DNA from: Myxococcota bacterium
GTDB taxonomy: Bacteria > Myxococcota_A > UBA9160 > SZUA-336
Length of the DNA stretch: 64,000 nucleotides
NCBI GenBank assembly: GCA_965247115.1
Contig: CBDFGR010000002.1
Coordinates: 1,312,001 to 1,376,000 of the forward strand
Reading direction: 5' to 3'
Below are positions 58,768 to 64,000 of this stretch, one piece after another (within the stretch, counting starts at the first letter, position 1; each line of letters opens with the position of its first letter). The notes beneath the pieces were generated by a model. The model ran no database searches and was not told the DNA's origin. It worked only from the letters and a program-made list of their open reading frames with translations. The position numbers were made by a program, and so were the translations under genes.

Positions 58768-58805
58768 AAAGAGAAAGGGCGCGATCCGTTTCCGGATCGC
58801 GCCCT
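58768..58805 (-). terminator. Rho-independent terminator after the porin gene
   Basis: Minus strand AGGGCGCGATCCG-GAAA-CGGATCGCGCCCT followed by TTCTCTTT. Confidence 0.85.
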
Positions 58806-58829
58806 CTCGAGGTTGTCTGCTACCGACGT

Positions 58830-60203
58830 CTAGAACTTGATGTCGGCCTGGATGAAGGCGAAGTCGGCGTCGTCGTCCTTGAGACCCGTATCGTCGATGT
58901 AGTCGCCAGCAAAGTAGTGCCCGTAGCCCACAAGCGCGACTACCCGGCCATCCATGAACGGATAGCGGAAGGTGATGTCGAGCTCGTTTCCGGCACCGGA
59001 GTCGGCACCGAGCGGACCCGCGAGGCGGGTGGGCACGAGATTCGAGTTGTACATGAAGTCGTCATCTGGCTCGTCGATCCAGAACGTGTGGAAGGCGACC
59101 TCGAGCATCCCCTTCTCGAGCATCTCCTTCTCGAACGTGAGGGCCAGGCTACGCATGTTCTGCAGCGAGAAGAAGTCCATCTGGCCGTAGTAGCGGTGGT
59201 TCGACGCGAACAGGTTGTCGAAGGTCTCGTGGTCGGTATCGAGCAGGTTGTCGTCGCCGGTCGCCCAGTTGTAGGCGAGACCGAGGCGCGAGTCCTCCAT
59301 CCACTCCGGGCGGTAGCCGAAGCCGACATGACTCATCCACGCGCTGTGGTCGACATTGGCGAAGTCGCCCCACTGGTACGCGATCTCCAGGTCGGCATCC
59401 CACAGGCCCTTTGCCCATTCGCCGCGCGAGCCGAGCGTCCACACCTTGTCGTTCACGTCGTTGTTGTGACGCAGCAGCACGTAACCTTCCCACTTGGTGT
59501 CGGCCATGAGCTTCCAGTTGGTGTAGTAGGCACCGTGGAAGTTGCTGTCCACGTAGCGGCTGCCGGCGTACTCCCAGTCATTGAAGTTTCCGGGCCGCAC
59601 CGGAACGACACGACTCGCGAACAGATCGAGGGTCCAGTCGTCCTCCATGCCGAGGCTCAGGCGGACGCCGTCGAAGACCCGCGACGTGTTCTCCCAGTTC
59701 ATGGACGAGGCCAACCGGTCCGAACCGAGGTTCAGCTGCTGGCGGCCAGCACGCACTCTGTAGGGAGTGCCCATCATCGAAGACCTGTACTCCACGTACC
59801 CCTGGTACAGATCGAAGTGATCCGCGTAGAGGTTCGGAATAGTCTTGTCGCTGATGTCGTTCTCGGCGTGGATTTGGGCGTCCTGGCCTTCAATGAAGAA
59901 GGTGAGCGACTCGGTCGGCGTCCACGCCATGTTCACCCGGAGGCGGTGAAGCGTGAAGCTTTCGTCGTCACTCGGCGCACCACTGCCGAAACCGAAGTTG
60001 GCGTGCTCCTCTGCCCGCAGGCGGAGGGTTCCGCCAACGACGAGGTTGGGCATGATTTGGTGCCAATCGTTGGCTGCGACGTCGGGCGTGCTGTCCGCCT
60101 TCTCGGCGGCTCCGGCGGGTGCCCCACCCAGGAGCAGCGCAGTCGCGATCGGGAGCGCCAGAACCAGCGCCCAGTACTTGCGAAGCGTCCGTTGCATAGT
60201 CAT
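58830..60203 (-). CDS. Alginate-export-family outer-membrane porin
   Basis: Signal peptide, LRLRAE, DLYQGY, RAGRQQL..G..RL, FDG, ATGDD and ELD motifs; C-terminal Phe. Confidence 0.85.
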   Translation of the reverse strand: MTMQRTLRKYWALVLALPIATALLLGGAPAGAAEKADSTPDVAANDWHQIMPNLVVGGTLRLRAEEHANFGFGSGAPSDDESFTLHRLRVNMAWTPTESLTFFIEGQDAQIHAENDISDKTIPNLYADHFDLYQGYVEYRSSMMGTPYRVRAGRQQLNLGSDRLASSMNWENTSRVFDGVRLSLGMEDDWTLDLFASRVVPVRPGNFNDWEYAGSRYVDSNFHGAYYTNWKLMADTKWEGYVLLRHNNDVNDKVWTLGSRGEWAKGLWDADLEIAYQWGDFANVDHSAWMSHVGFGYRPEWMEDSRLGLAYNWATGDDNLLDTDHETFDNLFASNHRYYGQMDFFSLQNMRSLALTFEKEMLEKGMLEVAFHTFWIDEPDDDFMYNSNLVPTRLAGPLGADSGAGNELDITFRYPFMDGRVVALVGYGHYFAGDYIDDTGLKDDDADFAFIQADIKF

Positions 60204-60435
60204 CTCAGACCCCAATCTCGAAGAGGTTTCTAGGCGTTATTGGGGAGGGCTTGCGCTCTCATCGGAAGGCCGTTCGCGACCTTTAGCCATTTCCGATCAG
60301 CAGTGAGATCCATCGCAGCGCAGCTCCGGCGGCGCTGGCCGGGAAGTCCGCTGGCTACGCCCCTGACGCCGCGCCGCTGACGCTGCGCCGCGCAGAGGGA
60401 GCCACGTGTGGGGCACCTGGGCGCCGATGCCTACC

Positions 60436-60465
60436 TAGTTAACAGCTGTGTAGTTAACAGCAGTG
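60436..60465. promoter_or_regulatory. 15-bp tandem direct repeat, candidate regulator site
   Basis: TAGTTAACAGCTGTG / TAGTTAACAGCAGTG (14/15), AT-rich, in a divergent intergenic region. Confidence 0.5.
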
Positions 60466-60678
60466 GTGCGAACTTCGTTCACCGGCGTGATGGGAACGCT
60501 GCGCCGCCTGACCGACCGGCCGGGGAGGTGGTTGAATCCGGCGCGCACCTAGGCAGGGGCCATGACCCAGCCCAAGATTCCGGGCGACGTTGCGAGCCGT
60601 CCACTCAGCATGGTACACACGCAGAGCTTTGGAGCGCTGCTGTACTGAACCTCCTGGTTCTCGTTCCGTCACGTCCTC

Positions 60679-61866
60679 ATGACCGACTCTGCTGAGCCAC
60701 GCGCGGCCCTCGATGCCGTGCGCGTGCTCGATCTCGTCGACGAGCGCGGGATATACGGCGTCAAGCTGCTTGCGGATCTCGGCGCAGACGTGGTTCGCGT
60801 GGAGCCTCCGGAAGGCGACCCGCTGAGGGAGCGAGGTCCCTTCAGGACTGGCTCCGGAGCTGCTGATCACTCGCTCTGGTACGCCTTCTACGCGTCGAAC
60901 CGCAAGTTCGCAGCCCTGGACCACGCAACGGAGACGGGTCGGCGTCAGCTCCGAAAGCTCGTGGAGTGGGCCGACGTGATCGTCGACAGCGGCGCCCTGC
61001 AGGAGGCCGGACTCGAGCCGGACTCCCTGCTGGAGGCGAAGCCCACACTCGTGATCGTGAGCGTCTCCTCGTTCGGGCTGGAGGGTCCGTGGAAGGACTA
61101 TCTTGCGCCCGATCTCGTGGCGGGTGCGCTCGGAGGGGTCTGCGCCACGACCGGCGACGTCGATACCCCGCCCCTCAAGGGCTACGGCGAGCTCAACTTC
61201 GTGGTTTCCGGCTGCTACACGGCTATCGCAGCACTCAGCGCGCTGCGCCACGCGCGCGAGACGGGCGAGGGCCAGGTCGTCGAGGCACCGGTCCACGAGG
61301 CAATCGCATCGTGCCTCGAGCAGGTCTTCATGTGGCTCTGGTATCACGAGCGCCTGCCAATGGCGGAGGGCCCGATTCTCCAACGACGGGGATCCCTGCA
61401 CTGGACGAACGCGTACCAGGTCGTGCCCGCAAAGGGCGGCTCGATCATGGTGACGCCGACTCCCAGGCCAGATGCGCAGGTCGCCTGGCTGGCCGAGGAG
61501 GGAGCTCAGCAGGACCTGCTCGACCCGAAGTGGCAGGAGCCCGAGAACCTGTTCCCCATGCTCGAGGCGATCATGAACGCGATGCGGGAGTGGGTCGCCA
61601 CAAAGCAGGTAGAGGAGTTCTTCTTCGCCGCGCAGGAGCGCCATTCGCCGTACGGCTGGGTGCTGGCGCTGGACAGGGTCGCAACGAACCCGCAGCTCGA
61701 AGCACGGGACTGGTGGGCCGAGTACCGGCTCGGGGGCGAGGCCGTTCGGGGGCCAGGCGCACCCTATCGCCTGAGCGGTACTCCCTGGAGAGAGCCGCGC
61801 CCGCAGACGGGGCCCGGGAGCGACACGGCCGCGGTGCTCGCCGAGATCGGCTGGGACGAAGAATGA
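60679..61866 (+). CDS. CoA-transferase family III (CaiB/BaiF), probably non-catalytic subunit
   Basis: VRVLDL, LADLGADVVRVEPPEGDPLR and SVSSFGLEGP motifs; no Asp at the usual catalytic position (ELNFVVSG). Confidence 0.85.
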   Translation: MTDSAEPRAALDAVRVLDLVDERGIYGVKLLADLGADVVRVEPPEGDPLRERGPFRTGSGAADHSLWYAFYASNRKFAALDHATETGRRQLRKLVEWADVIVDSGALQEAGLEPDSLLEAKPTLVIVSVSSFGLEGPWKDYLAPDLVAGALGGVCATTGDVDTPPLKGYGELNFVVSGCYTAIAALSALRHARETGEGQVVEAPVHEAIASCLEQVFMWLWYHERLPMAEGPILQRRGSLHWTNAYQVVPAKGGSIMVTPTPRPDAQVAWLAEEGAQQDLLDPKWQEPENLFPMLEAIMNAMREWVATKQVEEFFFAAQERHSPYGWVLALDRVATNPQLEARDWWAEYRLGGEAVRGPGAPYRLSGTPWREPRPQTGPGSDTAAVLAEIGWDEE

Positions 61867-63044
61867 CGCGCCCGCTCGAGGACCTTCGCGTACTCGACTT
61901 CACCCACGTCCTGGCAGGGCCCTTCGCAACCCGCATCCTTGGTGACCTCGGAGCCGACGTGATCAAGCTGAACTCGGCCACACGCGAGGCCGGCAACCAC
62001 CCGTACTACATCATGTGGAATCGAAACAAGCGCGCGCTGTCCCTCGACATGACGCAAGCCCGCGCCGTCGAGATCTGCCGCGCGCTGTGCGAGAAGGCCG
62101 ACGTCGTGATCGACAACTTCTCCGTTGGAGTTCTGGATCGCTGGGGGATCGGCTACGACACGGTCGCGAAGGTCAACCCGGGTGTGATCTATCTCGGCAT
62201 GTCGGGAATGGGCGAGGGCGGACCCTGGTCCAAGTTCGTGACCTACGCGCCGACGATTCACGCGCTGTCCGGCCTCACGTACCTCACCGGCGTGCCCGGA
62301 CGCGAGGACATCGGCATTGGCTTCTCGTACAACGACCACGTAGCGGGGCTCCACGGTGCGGTGGTCCTACTGGCCGCCCTCGAGGCCCGGCGCTCGACTG
62401 GCCGGGGACAACGCATCGACATGTCGCAGTTCGAGGTGGGGGTCAGCGTGTCAGGACCCGCGCTGCTCGACCTCTTTTCGAGCGCTCGCGCCGCACGGCC
62501 CTGCGGCAATCGCCTGCCCTACGACAAGGCGGCGCCACACGACTGCTACCCCTGTGCCGGCGATGATCGCTGGGTGGCCATCGCGGTGATGAGCGAGGAG
62601 CAGTGGCACGCGTTCCGCGGCGTCATGGGGGACCCCGACTGGGCTCGCGATCCGCGCTTTCGCAGCGTCGAAGAGCGCCTCGGGAATCTCGCCACGCTCG
62701 ACGCGCAGGTGGCGGCCTGGACCGGGTCCCGGAGCGCGGAGCAGGTGGAAGAGCTTTGCCAGGCTGCGGGTGTGCCGGCAGGTGTCGTCCAGAGCGGCAC
62801 GGACCTCGCGGAGCGCGACCCGCAGCTGCGCCTGTCGGGCTTCCTGAGCGAGCTCGAAGATCCCCACCCCGAGTTCGGCACGACATACGCCGACCGCCTG
62901 CCTCTCCACTTCCAGAAGACACCGACAGACGTCTACGAGCGCCCGCGTACGGTGGGCGAGGACAACGCAGCCGTGCTCGGCGACTGGCTCGCCATGACCG
63001 AAGCCGAGGTCCGCGCAAGAGAAGAGGACGGCACGCTCCACTAG
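61863..63044 (+). CDS. CoA-transferase family III (CaiB/BaiF), catalytic subunit
   Basis: RVLDFTHVLAGP, NRNKR, DVVIDNF and catalytic YNDHVAG; ATGA overlap with the upstream paralog. Confidence 0.9.
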   Translation: MTRPLEDLRVLDFTHVLAGPFATRILGDLGADVIKLNSATREAGNHPYYIMWNRNKRALSLDMTQARAVEICRALCEKADVVIDNFSVGVLDRWGIGYDTVAKVNPGVIYLGMSGMGEGGPWSKFVTYAPTIHALSGLTYLTGVPGREDIGIGFSYNDHVAGLHGAVVLLAALEARRSTGRGQRIDMSQFEVGVSVSGPALLDLFSSARAARPCGNRLPYDKAAPHDCYPCAGDDRWVAIAVMSEEQWHAFRGVMGDPDWARDPRFRSVEERLGNLATLDAQVAAWTGSRSAEQVEELCQAAGVPAGVVQSGTDLAERDPQLRLSGFLSELEDPHPEFGTTYADRLPLHFQKTPTDVYERPRTVGEDNAAVLGDWLAMTEAEVRAREEDGTLH

Positions 63045-63047
63045 ACA

Positions 63048-63240
63048 GAGCACCCAGCAAGCGCCGCATAGCCACGCGCGAAGTTCGGGAGCACCCAGCA
63101 AGCGCCGCGAGCGGCGCGCGCAGCGAAGGCCGCTAGGCCTGAGCGAAGAGCGGGTGGCCGTCAGCGGCCCGCGGGTCGCTGACCCGCGGGAGGACCGCTC
63201 GCGCGCCGGGTCCCGCAAGGCCGGCGCCGGGTCCCGCAAG
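63048..63240. repeat. Repeat- and hairpin-rich intergenic element
   Basis: 20-bp DR GAGCACCCAGCAAGCGCCGC (63048, 63089); 10-bp stem CCCGCGGGTC-GCT-GACCCGCGGG (63168-63190); 17-bp DR GCGCCGGGTCCCGCAAG (63203, 63224). Confidence 0.85.
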
Positions 63241-63246
63241 ACACGG

Positions 63247-63999
63247 CTAGAGAGTCGTGAGCAGTCGGTACGGCTGCTCCAGGTTGCGCCGCACGCTCTG
63301 GAGGTACTGTGCTGCCGGTGCACCGTCCAACAGGCGGTGATCAAAGGTCAGGCTCAGCGTCAGGAACGAGCGCCGCTCGATCTCTGTCCCAGAGTCTCCC
63401 ACGAAGGCGGGCCGGTCCACGATGCGACCAACACCGAGGATGGCCGCCTGAGGCGGGTTGATGATCGGCGTGAACACGTCGATGTCATACATCCCGAGAG
63501 ACGTGACGGTGAAGGTCCCGCGGGTCAGCTCGTCTGGTGTGAGATTCCCCGTGCGGGCTTTGCCCGCCAGCTCTGCAGCTTCGCGCGCCAGCTCCTTGAG
63601 TGGCTTTGCATCGGCGTCGAGGATTACCGGCACGATGAGCCCTTCCTCCAAGGCCACCGCGAAGCCAACATGGACCTGCGGCTGCACGCGGATGCTGCCC
63701 TCCTCGAGCCGCGAGTTCAGCCGGGGGTGCTCGCGCAACGCCAGCGCCGCCGCCTTGATGAGCAGGTCCGTGTAGCTGACGCGAACGTCCTCTGCTTCCC
63801 AGGCAGCGACGAGATCCCCGCGCAGCTTGACTGCGTCGGTCACGTCGACTTCCATGGCCAGAGTGAGCTGGGACATGCTCTGCACGGACTGCAGCATGCG
63901 GTCCCCGACGATGCGGCGGATGCCGCGGTAGGCGAGCTCACCCGACAGGGGCTCGAGGCCTGAGGACTGGGCCGCGCCGATCTGGCGAGCAGCCAGGGC
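63247..63999 (-). CDS. 2-oxoacid dehydrogenase E2 dihydrolipoamide acyltransferase, catalytic domain (5'-truncated by window edge)
   Basis: GIRRIVGDRM, HPRLNS, GTFTVTSLG, PIINPPQAAIL and DHRLLDG; frame open to the window end. Confidence 0.93.
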   Translation of the reverse strand, partial: ALAARQIGAAQSSGLEPLSGELAYRGIRRIVGDRMLQSVQSMSQLTLAMEVDVTDAVKLRGDLVAAWEAEDVRVSYTDLLIKAAALALREHPRLNSRLEEGSIRVQPQVHVGFAVALEEGLIVPVILDADAKPLKELAREAAELAGKARTGNLTPDELTRGTFTVTSLGMYDIDVFTPIINPPQAAILGVGRIVDRPAFVGDSGTEIERRSFLTLSLTFDHRLLDGAPAAQYLQSVRRNLEQPYRLLTTL

Positions 64000-64000
64000 C

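Noticed and set aside
60562..60648. 28-aa uORF upstream of the CoA-transferase genes
   Set aside because: No distinctive composition or other support; could be chance
63048..63108. Repeat-spacer-repeat resembling a mini CRISPR array
   Set aside because: Only two 20-bp repeats, a 21-nt spacer, no leader and no cas genes in the window

Overview
High-GC (roughly two-thirds G+C by eye) bacterial chromosomal segment. Gene content (sigma-54 activator, STAND adenylate cyclase, EAL-HDOD, many CoA-metabolism and amidohydrolase genes, lipid A acyltransferase, flagellin) suggests a Gram-negative, probably Myxococcota/deltaproteobacterial-type organism (inference). About 60 CDSs, one tRNA-Glu(UUC) and one intact IS5/IS1182-type insertion sequence are supported. 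No rRNA, CRISPR array, prophage or integrase was seen. Highlights the ORF track misses or does not explain: (1) two separate AhpC/TSA (peroxiredoxin-like) genes are each split by an in-frame TGA at the redox-Cys position (W-U-P-Y-C), so they are probable selenoproteins; one has a signal peptide and lies directly downstream of a SulP transporter; (2) a mer-like four-gene metal operon without merA/merR (Cys/His/Pro-rich leader ORF, His-repeat HMA chaperone, putative outer-membrane barrel, MerT-like permease) with overlapping hairpins over the RBS, a candidate leader-peptide-controlled metal uptake system; (3) the IS sits in the CTAG that contains a stop codon inside a maoC-citE operon, in a window where TAG is the commonest stop; (4) several apparent pseudo-enzymes (AAA+, CheC/receiver), an orphan minimal flagellin with a near-consensus sigma-28 promoter, a low-GC single-gene insert, and many apparently leaderless genes. 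All functional calls come from motif recognition by eye; no database searches were run.
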